NCBI GenBank assembly: GCA_010909165.1
Contig: MU008155.1
Coordinates: forward strand, 1-64,000
Length of the DNA stretch: 64,000 nucleotides
Origin: Anthoceros angustus
Taxonomy: Eukaryota; Plantae; Anthocerotophyta
Reading direction: 5' to 3'
Under the pieces are notes generated by a model. It was not told the origin of the DNA and searched no databases. It was given only the letters and a program-made list of their open reading frames with translations. The first letter of the stretch is position 1, and every line of letters starts with the position of its first letter. The position numbers and the translations under genes are program-made. Shown here one piece after another: positions 1-11,896 of this stretch.

Positions 1-672
1 CCAACAACCCCTGTAAGGTGTGTCAAATCCACCAACAAGGAAGGCAGGTACATTCATGCTATGACCAATATAGAAGATAGCTTGAAATTATGGGAGAATC
101 CATACTTAGAGCAACACGAAACATGACTAGCTAGACTCTTGTGTCGTCTATGTATGGGACCCAAGAAGAGCAAGTGGAGGGAACCGTGGCACCTACTAGA
201 GAAGAACTTTGTCACCAAGCGCTTCGTTGGGTGGTGGTAGCTACTACCTGTATACTAACTCTTGCGTTATACTTATAGGACTACTTGTCCTTGGCCTTTG
301 GCCAATGCTGCCAAGCTAGAATGTCTCGATAAAAACTATAATAATATTACGCACCATGACCCAAGGACAACAAATGCTCATTGATGGTTTAGCGAATGGC
401 GGTGCCTTCCTTTTCCCTCACCCCGGTGCATGCAAGTGAGAACATCACTTTCATTTCCATCAAAATTTCTTTCATTTGTTTACAAGCGTGTTTCAATTGT
501 CCAACTAATCAAATTGATCGAATCCAAGCCATACCCTATAGTCACAATTGATATGATTCGGTCATGGAAGTAGTCCCTTTCTCGACCGCTTTCTCTTGCG
601 ACCGGGCTCGTCCGTCAGTCTGGGGTTAGTTACCGTTCTTTTCGTTTGGTGTGCCGGTGGGATGGGATCTGT

Positions 673-894
673 TCAAAAACTCTGACGGTGCAATAGTCCT
701 TCCTCGAGAGATGTGGGTGTCACTGAATGGAACATAGTGACGGCCAAGTTCTTTGTCTTGAACTTCGCTATCAACCCGAACCCTCTCAATGCCGGTGCGT
801 CGGTAGCGTCGTTTCGACTGAGCGGCTCATATCTTGCTAGGGTTGCGTGAAGCTCTACCAAGTCGATTGCGTATCTATCTTTATCTTTAAGCAC
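673..894 (-). pseudogene. Possible gag N-terminal remnant of an LTR retrotransposon
   Basis: Short ORF starting about 17 bp inside the LTR at 911-1714. No diagnostic motif; positional inference only. Confidence 0.3.
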
Positions 895-910
895 TTCGCG
901 TCCGGCACAA

Positions 911-1714
911 TGTTGGAAACCGTGAAGTCGTTAGGATCAAAATGTGCATTGTACCCCAACAGACCATCGCGCAAGAGCGCAGCGTGAGCAGGCGTGGAGA
1001 AGAACGAGGGGAGTAGCACACCAACACTAAGTGAGTGCGAGCAAAGAAGACAAGACTAGCGTGAGCACCAAGACACAGAGGGCGGAGCAGAGACTGCACT
1101 AGCAGGAGCAAGAAGACTGGCAGAGGGCGTGAGCAAGAAGACCAAGAGGGCGAGCAGCTCCAGAGGGGAGCAAGAAGACAAGCAAGGGTAGGAGCACCAG
1201 ACCAGCTCCCAAGTTTCCCACGCCTCCTTCTAAGCTCCTCAAGCTCCCACGCCTCGCCTTCGTGCTCCCAAGCTCCCTTGAAGCTTCCCACGCCTCTGAC
1301 TCCCAAGCTTCCCACACCTCTGACCTCGGCTTCCCAAGCTCCCAAGCTTCCCCGCCTCCCAAGCTTCCCGCTCTCAGCCCCAACGGCCCCTTCTCGCAAG
1401 GAATAAATTTTGGTAGGAGAAACATAGGCGGGAGCACCAGCAGAGTAGCAGAGGCTAGACCAGAAAGACCAGAGGGTCGAACCAGAGGCACCAGAGGGCG
1501 TGACCAGCCAGAGAGGGGCCTCCAGAGCAGAGAGCCTCGAAAGCAGCAGAGGGCCTCGAGCATCGCAGAGAGCGGGACCAGCAGCAGCGAAAGGGCCTCG
1601 AGCGCAGCAGAGGCCTCGAGCATCAACAGAGGGCGCCAAAGTTCGTAGGCACATGTAAGATGGAGGAGCAAGCGGAGGCGTTCGTCAAGGTAAGCGGTCG
1701 TTGACCTTCAAACA
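911..1714 (-). mobile_element. LTR of about 800 bp
   Basis: Starts TGTTGGAA and ends TTCAAACA (7/8 terminal inverted repeat, TG...CA). Interior consists of short GC-rich tandem motifs. Confidence 0.6.
1205..1365. repeat. Degenerate CCCAAGCT(T/C) tandem motifs inside the LTR
   Basis: About 8-10 imperfect copies visible. AGAGGGCCTCGAGC-type repeats follow at 1510-1625. Confidence 0.7.
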
Positions 1715-1966
1715 TGTAAAAAGTAGACAAGGTAAACATAAGATAAAATAATCAACTACAATGATATAAAACTATAAGTATAAGTAGAATAAAAAATATT
1801 AATTTAGTGAAACTTTGACTATCTCACATCACTCTCTCACATCTCTCTCTCATCTCTCAAAAGTAACCAAGTGTACCACAACCATATGTACAAAAGTGTA
1901 CCACCAAACCATGCTTACACCCAAAGGCTCATTGCTAGTGGGGAGACGGAGGTATGGAATACATAC

Positions 1967-2441
1967 CTAAATCGTGCCAGTCTGTTCTACACCACCACAC
2001 ACATCTCTGGCCTGAAGACATGCTTCGGCAGCCCTCACAACCATGGAATCATCAGTTATTAGATGGTCATTCTCACCGACAAACTGGACCCCTCTCTCAG
2101 ACACTGGAACATAGTTAGTGAGCTTTGCAAGAGGGCCTTCAACCAATGCCACGGGTCGGCTGTCCACCCTTCTCCTCTTCTGCACAAACTCAGCTGCACG
2201 TCGAGCATCCTTTTTGGATGAGAAGTGCCTTGGCGGTTTGGGAATGCCTTTTTTAGGAACTAGATAAGTTCCTTCACTGTGCACTAAGACACCATCAACT
2301 TTACCGTCATCCCCGGTGGATGAGTTGCGATGAAGAACATTTGATGGGTTCGCATCTTGTGTACGGCTTAGCCATAACTTCCAAAGATTCTTGTTTCTTT
2401 CCCGGTCCAGCAGGCCCAGTGGGTTTTCTTTTAGGAGCCAT
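1967..2441 (-). CDS. Unknown protein exon downstream of the methyltransferase
   Basis: TTTTTGCAG acceptor at 2443-2442. One frame is open from 2440 to 1967 (WLLKENP...HSEGTYLVPKKGIPKPPRHF...). An alternative MAPKRK start lies at 2441 in another frame. Confidence 0.4.
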
Positions 2442-3554
2442 CTGCAAAAACCACAACAGCATTAGAGTGATCAAAACAGAACACCAACATCCTGAAAGAG
2501 AACTTGACAAACAGAACGAAAAACACAACTAGACAAAACACACTTACATGGTGTTCAGAACTTCCAAATAGGAACCTGCTGAAGGGTCTAACAGTTGATT
2601 TTAAAACAATCCAAGACAAGGATAGGGCTATGGGGGGTACGGCAGAGAACATTCATTGAATCTATACATTGTTAAATTTTGAGATCCCCTCCACTTTATG
2701 TTAGTGAGAACATATACTTCCTTTTCAAACAATACCCACATACTTCCTGTAATAAAAAAAAAGGCCTTTTTGGCAAATTAGATATGTAGAGACAACAAAA
2801 AAATAAAAGTAATGTTAGCCCCAGTGCACAAACAGCGCTACAGACAAAGCAGACTAGGAGATTCAATCGTAACTTCAAACTCAGGCAAGAAATGGTTATC
2901 CTGATTTACAGACAGACCAGAATCAGAATGTTGGCAGGCCAACCCTTCACACGATGAACAATGAAGCCTACACACACAAATTAAAGGATTAGATTACTTA
3001 TAAAAGGTACTCACACAAACGATTTCTTGCTACGACAGGCAAGGGAACTGAATGACAAAGAAATCATCAATGTTTAAAGGTCTAAACATACAGTTGACAT
3101 ACCATGCGATGCAGGGTTATGCCCCGAGCAAATTTCCTTACAACGTCCCGTACAAAGCTTGTCTGCATCAAGACAAGAACCTGAGAATAAGAACGAGAAA
3201 GAGACGCTATGCAATCTGACAATACGACGACAGAATATCCAAGACCGGAGGAAATCGTACGTCAGCAGCAAGAACAACATGTCAGCTGTGAGGCATGGAT
3301 GTCACAAAGACATAGCTAAACCCGAGAAGAAATCTCCAACTACTGTGCGTGACATGGAACTACTGACAAGCAAGTAAACAACAACAGAATGCTCAATGAC
3401 GCGTCACTGCATACCTGCAGGGCATCTCACGACAGAAAACCTCGCCTGCAACTTGCATAGAGACACACAGTGAGATACTACCTTGATGAAAATCAAATGA
3501 CAACAATTAAACCATCAAGAGCAACTCAATCAAACTACTGAGTATGACATGCAT

Positions 3555-4591
3555 CTACTGACAGGCAAAGAAACTGTACGCCAAACAAACAACAACGCTA
3601 TCAACTATCAAAATTGGCAATACTTTATATCCATGCACTCGCTGCGGAATGAACTCTGCACACCTCTTGTCAGCCTCAATAGAAATACAATGGCGGCCAG
3701 ACAACAAAGCAGCCATCAAAGATGTCCCACTCCCTGAACAAGCATCCACTATCCATTCGCCTTCCTTAGAGAATGTCTTGATGAGCTTCATCATTAACCC
3801 CAAAGGCCTTTGGTAGGGGCAGACGACAAGTTTGTCGAATGAATGATATAACAATTTCTTCACCATAGTATCGTGGCCTATCACCAATCTTCCATTGTTA
3901 AATGTGCCCTGCAAAGCATTCGGTAACATGACTGCTCGTTGCAGGTCACTTGTCTTCCTCAAACCCCATCCTACTGTCATATACTCAATAGTATCGAAAC
4001 CACCTTTTTCATTGTTTACGTTTGTCTTGTCCCAGACAAAGGAAATGAGTCCCTCCTTCTAAGGGCATCTTCAATACCATGCATGATAATCATCCGATAC
4101 TGATCACATTCTGTTAAATCATGGAAGGCATGCAAAACATTTCCCACTTGCCAAGCATCAAAACGCCCGTCCTTGGAGCCTTTCTCGAAACCACGTGGCA
4201 CATCCATCACAAACAAAGAGTACCTTCTCTTCCTCACGTACCCTCGCATGTCGAGGATATCTCGTCTATGTACGATATTGGACCTTTTCTCGAATGTGGA
4301 GCAGTTGAATTGAAGGAGTCCATCCTCTATGTCTCGGTCTGCTAGTTGTCTTTGCTCATCTTCTAAGCCCTTCCCTGTGTTCACCTCAGAAATGAATTGT
4401 TGAAAATTCTCAGGGCACTTCGTCAGCACCTCGGTATCCTTCTGATGCTGCACACATGACGGGAAACCAATATCAACATTAGCTGCGGCCTTCAACCTTG
4501 AATCCGGAAGATGCCAGCAGGCCGGCGTTCCCGGCCAGATGAAGGTGGGGTCCCCATGGGAGGGCGCCGACATGCCGGGTACCCTTCCCAT
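3555..4591 (-). pseudogene. Beta-class N4-cytosine/N6-adenine DNA methyltransferase (N6_N4_Mtase-like), one frameshift near 4060
   Basis: IVHRRDILDM...YSLFVMDVPRG is the motif IV region (DVPR at 4204-4193). After the frameshift come LISFVWDKTN..IEYMTVG, PYQRPLGLMMKLIKTFSKEGEWIVDACSGSGTSLMAA (motifs X and I) and GRHCISIEAD (motif II). Motif IV precedes motif I, the beta-class order. Confidence 0.85.
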
Positions 4592-5489
4592 GGAGGATTG
4601 AGGATGAGGGCGCCGCATGCCGGCGCCTCCCGACAGCTCTCGCCTCTTGCCGGCGCGCCTCGCCCCAAAGAGGCCAAACCTATGAACAGTTCTCAAAGAT
4701 AGGGTTATTCTCCATTAAAGGGGTTTGGGTCCCTAAAGACCAAAAAATGACCCCAAAAACGGGCCAAAATGCATCATCTTTAGCAAAACCACTCTTTAGA
4801 CATGTATTGAAAGACATTGACCATGTTATTTTCTCGTGAATACTTACGCTAACAGGGTTTAAGCCGAAGAAGGTTCGCGGATTTCACCTTCACAAGGAAG
4901 GGATTTCAAGGATTTTTAATAGGTGCTAGGAATTCTAAACACCTCTTTCAGCGATAGTACTTCCTAGCGAGGGTGAGCAGTGAGGCAAACCGGACAAAAC
5001 TAGTCCAAGATAGCCAAACCGGACGTCCGGCGCAACCAATACGCAAAAGTAGCAATTCGCAAGCCGAAAAGAAACAACTACGCTGGACGTCCGCGCAATT
5101 GTGAGAGAGAACATTAACCGATAGCCGATGGCCATCTCGAGAGGACCAAACTATGACTCTAGAAAGTAGCGCGACGCCCTTGTAACGTGAGTACACAACC
5201 ACAGGATCTCCATTGTTAGAGTGAAAAACATAGGAAGGAATTGGAGCAATGCACGGACGTTCGCATTGGCGCGTCCGCTAAAGCTTCTGGCGCGACTTCG
5301 GACTGACAGCGGTAGCGCACAATCCGTGTCGTTGTAGGAAGGAGTCCGTTCCCAGGAATGGCGGGCTCGGTTCTTTGCGTTCGGCGATTCTCGTCTTACT
5401 TTAGTTCCAATGCACACATTCATCAGTTCACGCCTAACTACTCGCAATAATCACCGACAGTCTTGGGAGTGCAACGCTTAAGGACCCGT

Positions 5490-6107
5490 TGTCCGTTTCA
5501 CACTCACACCTCACACCTCGTCTCCTCTCCACCACACTACACTTATGGGCCTTAGGAAAGACGCTGGTTACATGCCCCGACCTCCTCCGCTGCTCTACCG
5601 GCCTCCGTCCGGCTCAGACGCCTCCCGAGTCCTCCCACACCGGCCGTTTCCGGCTACCGGGCCGCGGCTCTGACGAGCACGGGTCCCCACACCCTCCCCG
5701 CACACACCACAACACGTTAGGTCCGCACTGACCCCGATCAATCTCTCCGAGCTGCTGCTCGCGACTCAGACTCACGTTAGCAAGAAGACACACAAAGGTC
5801 CGCAAGAACGCTGATCAACACCAAGAGAAAGATGATTTATCTGTGGCAGCCCCACCTCTTATACTACGCCCAAGTCGGCCTTTTATTACACCCTATTCCC
5901 GATGGCTGCTCAAGATACCCTAATCGGCCGCCTACCATCCTATTCCTCCCCTATCTCCTTCACGGCGGTAATGGAAGGTCCCGGTTCCGCCTTGGGATTG
6001 GTGGTCCAATCTCCGTCACGATTCTGCGCGCAATCGGATGATCCGCGAGGCGGACCCTCCTCTCCCGAATCTGTTGTTACGGCGGCGGTCCGACGACCGC
6101 TACCACA
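5490..6107 (-). mobile_element. 3' LTR of a Gypsy (Tat/Athila-like) element
   Basis: TGT...ACA ends. Minus-strand TATAAG near 5860 and a purine-rich tract on the minus strand just outside 6107. Clear homolog at about 36410-36810. Confidence 0.55.
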
Positions 6108-9095
6108 ACGTCATCCTCCTCGCCTCCTGGGTCCTCCTGGGGCCACCATCTGCTCCCCTAAGCGTAAGTCGAGGGGCTCCTCATCGCCAAGTCCGGACCT
6201 CGAGGTCCGGCCTCGACTCGAGTCTCGAACCTGTGAGTCCGCTTATTTCGAGTCCGGCCGGCCGGGTCCTCTGTTCGGGTTCGGACCTCGGGGTCGAACT
6301 TATTACGGGTCCGGCCCCAAGCTCCGGACCCCTTATCTGGACCTCGTGATCGCTAGGTCCTCATCCCTACCCCCGACCCTTGTCTTGGGTCGGGTTGGCT
6401 CCTCCTTCGCCTTCGTGGCCACCTCCCTTCTCCCGAGTGTGTGTGAACTTACCTGGGTCCGCCTCCTCCTCTTGAGGCTCTTCTCCTCACGCTGTTGCCT
6501 CCAAACAGGCCCCTAGAGTCCCCTGTGTCCCCATGCCCTCTTCCCCTTCCTCCGAGCCTTCCTGTGGTCCGCCTACCGAGAGGCCTCTACCGCTTCCTCG
6601 CGGTAATAGGCAAAGTCCGAATCCACTTGTTGAATTGCCTCTTCCACGTGTGCCCGAGCACCGATACTCCCTTCGCCATAGGTGCTCCGGAGCCGAGCGT
6701 GCCGCCGGCTTGTTGACCACCTCCCGCCAGTTTGATAGCCGGAGCCGGCCGCTTCACGCGAGGCGCAAGGGCCGCCACCTCCCGCAACCGCCGTTGCTCC
6801 ACCGCCCAACTCCTTCGCCCGCTCCGCGCCGCCACCATAACGCAGCTCCCTTCCGCCTTCCTCAAGCTGGACCACGGCTTCTTATGCTTCCGGTGCTCTC
6901 CTCTGTCCATTCATTAACTCCGCCATCTCCTCTCAGACGGTCGGGCAACTGCGGGGCTGGGCTTCGCCAGCCCTTCTCCATCTCGGCGTCCACTCCTGTT
7001 CCCGCCCATCTCCGTCCCATAGAGGGCCGCTCTATTTCCGTTCGCGTTCGCGACCATATCCTATGAGACTACCATTCCTCTCAATGGTAGTTTGAAGGCT
7101 GACTCAAGGTCTCCTTCGGTCTTCCATCTCACGCTTTCTTTGCTCCACCTCACGGTGAGTCAGGAATCCTCCATCTCCTTGTCGCGAACTTCACAGGCTG
7201 GTGGTCGCGCTTGCTCCGCCACTCCTGCTCCATCTTGAGGCGGGCGCTCTATCCCTTCGAAGTCTTGGATTCTCGTTGAGAACCCCTTGCTTTGCTCAAG
7301 CCAGCGTCTTGGGTTGTAACTCCAAGGTGTCCTTCATCCTCCTCGCCTCCTTGGCCACCTCCCTTCTACCTCCTGCCAGTGCGCCACATTTCCGGGTCTT
7401 GGCCTCGATGTTCTGCAGCTCGTCGTGCGCTTGCTCTGCTTGCTCTGCCGCCGCCTTCGATTGGCCGTGGCTACCCCAGTAGCCTCCCTCCACCGGTTCG
7501 ATCACGGTGATCGCGGTCGGCTTGCTGCGGGCTTCCGCCTCCTTGGCCACCTTCACAGGCCTCTCGACAGCTCGGTCTGGTCGGGCCGCCTCCGCGGTCC
7601 GAGCGCTCATTGCGCCCGGCCTCTTCCGCCTCTGCTGCGCTACCCCCTCTGCTGCGGAGGTCCTCGGCCGCTTGGGCCTCCTTAGCACCTTGTGCTCCTC
7701 CGGTGAAGGAATTTAGTCAGTCCTTGCGGATGGACGGACTTCCCTCTGACCTCCGGCGTTTCCCTTCCTCCGAGCCTTCCTGTGGTCCGCCTACCGAGAG
7801 GCCTCTACCGCTTCCTCGCGGTAATAGGCAAAGTCCGAATCCACTTGTTGAATTGCCTCTTCCACGTGTGCCCGAGCACCGATACTCCCTTCGCCATAGG
7901 TGCTCCGGAGCCGAGCGTGCCGCCGGCTTGTTGACCACCTCCCCGCCAGTTTGATAGCCGGAGCCGGCCGCTTCACGCGAGGCGCAAGGGCCGCCACCTC
8001 CCGCAACCGCCGTTGCTCCACCGCCCAACTCCTTCGCCCGCTCCGCGCCGCCACCATAACGCAGCTCCCTTCCGCCTTCCTCAATCGGACCAGCCTTCTT
8101 GTCTGCCTTCCGGTTTCGCCCGTCCATTCTGTAACTCCGCCATCTCCTCTCATTTGGCCGGGCAACTCGCTGATCGCGGCTTCGCCAGCCCTTCTCCATC
8201 TCGGCGACGCCCCGCCTCCTGCTCCATCGCCGTCACGTCTCGTCGCAAGGGCCGCTCTATTTCCGTTCGCGTTCGCGACCATGTCTAGACTACCATTCCT
8301 CTCAATGGTAGTTTGAAGGCTGCGACTCAAGGTCTCCTTGCGGTCTTCCATCTCCACCGCATGCTCCACCTCACGGAGCCGAGTCCGAGATCCTCCATCT
8401 CCTTGTCGCGAACTTCCGGGCGGGTCCGCTTGCTCCGCCACCTCCCTTCTCCATCTCCTTGTCGCGAACTTCACAGGCTGGGCTGGTCGCGCCTCCTTCT
8501 ACCTCCTGCTCCATCTTGAGAGATTTGGGCGCTCTATCTCCTTTCAGTCTTGGATTCTCGTTGAGAACCCCTTGCTTTGCTCCGAGCGTCTTGGGTTGTA
8601 ACTCCAAGGTGTCCTTCTTTGTCCTCCTCCTGCCGCCTCCTCTACCTCCTGCCTGCGCCTGAGGTCCCCATTTCCCGGGTCTTGGCCTCGATGTTCTTGC
8701 AGCTCGTCGTGCTTGCTCTGCTTGCTCACGCCGCCCCGCCGCCTTCGATTGGCCGTGGCTACCCCAGTAGCCTCCCTCCACCGATTCCGATCATGCCGAT
8801 AGTGATCGCGGCGGCCGTGCCTCTTCCGCCTCCTTGGCCACCTTCACAGGCCTCCGCCTCCTTGGCCACCTCCCTTCTCCATCTCGGCGACGCCCCGCCT
8901 CCAGTCCCGAGCCCGCCTCCGCTTGCGCCCGGCCTCTTCCGCCTCTGCTGCTACCCCCTCACTGCGGAGGTCCTCGACCCGCTTGGGCCTCCTTAGCTGC
9001 TTGGTACACTCCTCCGGTGAAGGAATTTAGTCCGGTCCTTGCGGATGGACCAGATTTCCCTCCTCGACCTCTTCCTTCCTCAATCCGGCCGAGAG
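6108..9095 (-). mobile_element. Gypsy 3' internal region with an extra coiled-coil ORF (decayed), containing a 1.2-kb tandem duplication
   Basis: GC-rich E/R/A-rich frames with motif EEAIQQVDSDFAYY, shared with 36.8-39 kb. 6545-7762 is repeated at 7763-9060. Confidence 0.6.
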
Positions 9096-10569
9096 CTTGA
9101 AACTTTGTAACAACTCTTTGATACAGCGTGAGGCGTATCAATACTAGGATGGAGTGTTGATTTTTAGTGGTTTGAAAAATTTGTAAATCATCCGGTATCT
9201 AGGCGTAAAGTCATGAATATTATTTTTGAAAATCATTTGTTGGTTGATGTTATATTCCACATTCTTTGCTTTGTATACAACATGTAAACCTTTTGGCCTT
9301 ACTCTATGTGCCTTAGATGACTTGCGGTGGATCTCTTTGATTGGTCGCCAAATGTCCGCTCATTCGAGTTTGATGCGTATAGATGCATAGGCCTTGGTTT
9401 CTAGATGAGCTACATTTTCCAAAATTCGACATGTATGATGGTGGTTTCTAATGGCCAACCTTTTGAAGGCGACAATGTTTCACAATGTTTTGCGAGAGAA
9501 GCAAGAAAATAAATAGAATAGATGATTTGTCCTTGAGTAATGAAAGCACATCGGATGCGATCGAACACAAGTATAAGAGAGCATCCGCTCGCCACCGCGA
9601 GCCCTAGTGAGAGCGGTAGTGTCGAAGAAAGAGGGCTGGTCGTGGGGTTTTGACCAAAATGGTGAGTATTTGTGAGGCTCAAGGAGGACTGTCTATACCC
9701 GTAGCGCCCACTACGGTAGGCGCGACTAGGTGTTCGAGACTAACTATAGCCAAGCTTCGCGGAGATTTTGAATTTAAGATCGACTTGCTCCATGTGCCAC
9801 CCATGGATAGATTAAGGTTGAAAGCGATGCGGACTTGACAAGAAGAAATGTAAGCTACGAAGAGTTTGATCAAGAGCGGTTGAGGAGGCCTCACCATCCT
9901 TTACCTTGTCCAATTCTGCCACGGGCCTAATCTGCAGATCTAAGTGCGGCTTATCTCCACGGAGGGGCCGGGTCAGGTATACTGCCGTGCAGGATTGCTC
10001 GAATCACGGGGTTTGAAAAGAGAATTGATGTGAGTGTTGGTGCGGTGGCAAGTGTGCACAAGCAACTTGAACGAAAGTGCTTGCCTACACAAGTATTGAC
10101 GCAACCCTCTCCAAACCCGGTGTATTGCACCTCTTTGGAGTATAAGTCGCGGACGTTCGGGCGCCTCGTCTTTGGAGCATAAGTGCGCCACCATCCGCCA
10201 CTTGGTACAAAGGTGTGTCCATTTGTGCGACGGTGGGCACATTAGGTCTTCTTTGGGCTCGGATGCATGGGCTGTGGTTCGCAAATCATCGAAAAGTGAA
10301 ATGAGACATGTGCATTTACGGATGGTTGGGGCCAAAATGGGGTTCGGAGACAAACCCCTATCTTTGGAAATTTATGGTGGGCCGACAGCGCGCCCACCAC
10401 AACCATGGATCCCAAAGGGGTGAGGCGCGGCGTCAGCTTCCCTTCCAGAGAACCTTTCCTGCAGTTTGAACCACTGGGATATTGAATTGAAATTACCTTG
10501 CCCTCAAACGCCGTCTAGAATCTAGCGACCACTCGTCAGTGGAGTGTTGAGGATACTCCTGTCTCACCA

Positions 10570-11860
10570 TCTCGAAACACTTACATAAAAAATTACATTG
10601 CCACCTGAATGATATGCAACTTTTTCTGCAAAATAATTTTATCCGACATACCCTTCAAATCGATGAGACCAGTCAGCACTTTTTCAGTTGCACTGATAGG
10701 CATTTGCTGCCCGCTTTCTCTTGTTGGAATGCCTTGAAAGCAACGCCAAGGCTTCGTTTGCATCTCCTTTGGTTTCACAAATACCCCTTCCTTCTGCTTC
10801 ATGTCTTCAGTGCCTTTGCGCTTCCCTTTGCTCTTCTTGCTCATACCGGCTGCCACATGTTTTTTTTGCTCAGACAATTCACAAGCCTCCCACTTCTAAA
10901 AGATCTTGTCAACATTGCTCCAGAATTTCCCTTTGAGCTTCGCTACCCAAGTAATATTGCGGCACAAGACAAGATGAGGCAAGATGAGTTTCTACAGAAT
11001 AGATCTAAGAATCAATGACTTGAAGATCTCTTTCTCCCTCATACTTATCTAGTAGAGCAAGTTTCATGCTCGACTTGGGTGGTACTTTGACGATGCCTGC
11101 TGCATTCGCCGTATAGATCTTTGTATTTTGTTCCTTCGCATCTTTATCTTGTTGAGCTGTGGGCTCCGGATTCTGCTTCGCCTTTTTCTTAGAAGTCCTA
11201 AAATCTTCTAAGACTTCTGGTAGAACTTGGTAAAGGCCTTCCACCATCTGCTTCTTCCAATCCTCTGATTTATCTCTAGATGGCCCCGCAGTATCTTTAG
11301 GCAGTGACTTCTCTTTGTCACGTTGCTCGTCTTCTTCTGACGATGAAAAATCTTCAGGCAGTTGAGGTGGATGATCGGAAGGACGCTTCTTGAGCATCTT
11401 ATTGCGCTTCTCATTGACCATCTTCGGCACTCTCTAGTCACTTGGAGAAATGGACTACGCTTTGACACCACAAAGTAACGCCCCTCACTATGCAGCTAGT
11501 AATAAGAAAACGGCAAGTGCTGGCTTCTGCGCGGTCTAGGATCTTGCTAATCCACTTCACATGGAGACTTTTACAACTCCCAACACTCTCAACCTCACGA
11601 CGCAGCACTAGGCCCCTAGTAGCCCGCCGTCCACTGACGACTTACAGGCCGCCTCCTCGAATTGCTGCTCTTTAGTCATAGAATACACACTTGAGTCTAG
11701 CTATCTACACCTAACTGACTACTACCCTTGACTCAAGGATAAACTTACTAGCTAAACTTTCTACAACTCTCTCAACGCAAGGCTTGCACAATAAATTGAA
11801 TGATTCCATGCTCTAGCCCTTTATTTCGGCTAGTTAAACGACCTAGCAGGGTAACTTTAC
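10570..11860 (-). mobile_element. Chromovirus-like (Tekay-type) Gypsy fragment: 5' LTR, PBS and decayed gag
   Basis: LTR end GGGGCGTTAC at 11484-11475 and PBS TGGTGTCAAAGC. Gag-like ORF 11005-11430 (..LLDKYEGERD..). Confidence 0.65.
11459..11470 (-). promoter_or_regulatory. Primer-binding site (tRNA-iMet type)
   Basis: TGGTGTCAAAGC versus canonical TGGTATCAGAGC (10/12), adjacent to the LTR end. Confidence 0.7.
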
Positions 11861-11896
11861 AGCTCACCTGCGGCCGTTTCTGTGAGGCAGGGCGCG

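Noticed and set aside
887-1671. Long overlapping ORFs (255, 190 and 128 aa)
   Set aside because: Low-complexity translations of tandem motifs inside an LTR.
3555-4591. Bacterial contamination or a restriction-modification operon
   Set aside because: No partner endonuclease or operon. The gene is followed by GT-AG intron-like sequence and is contiguous with plant TEs; read-level confirmation is still needed.
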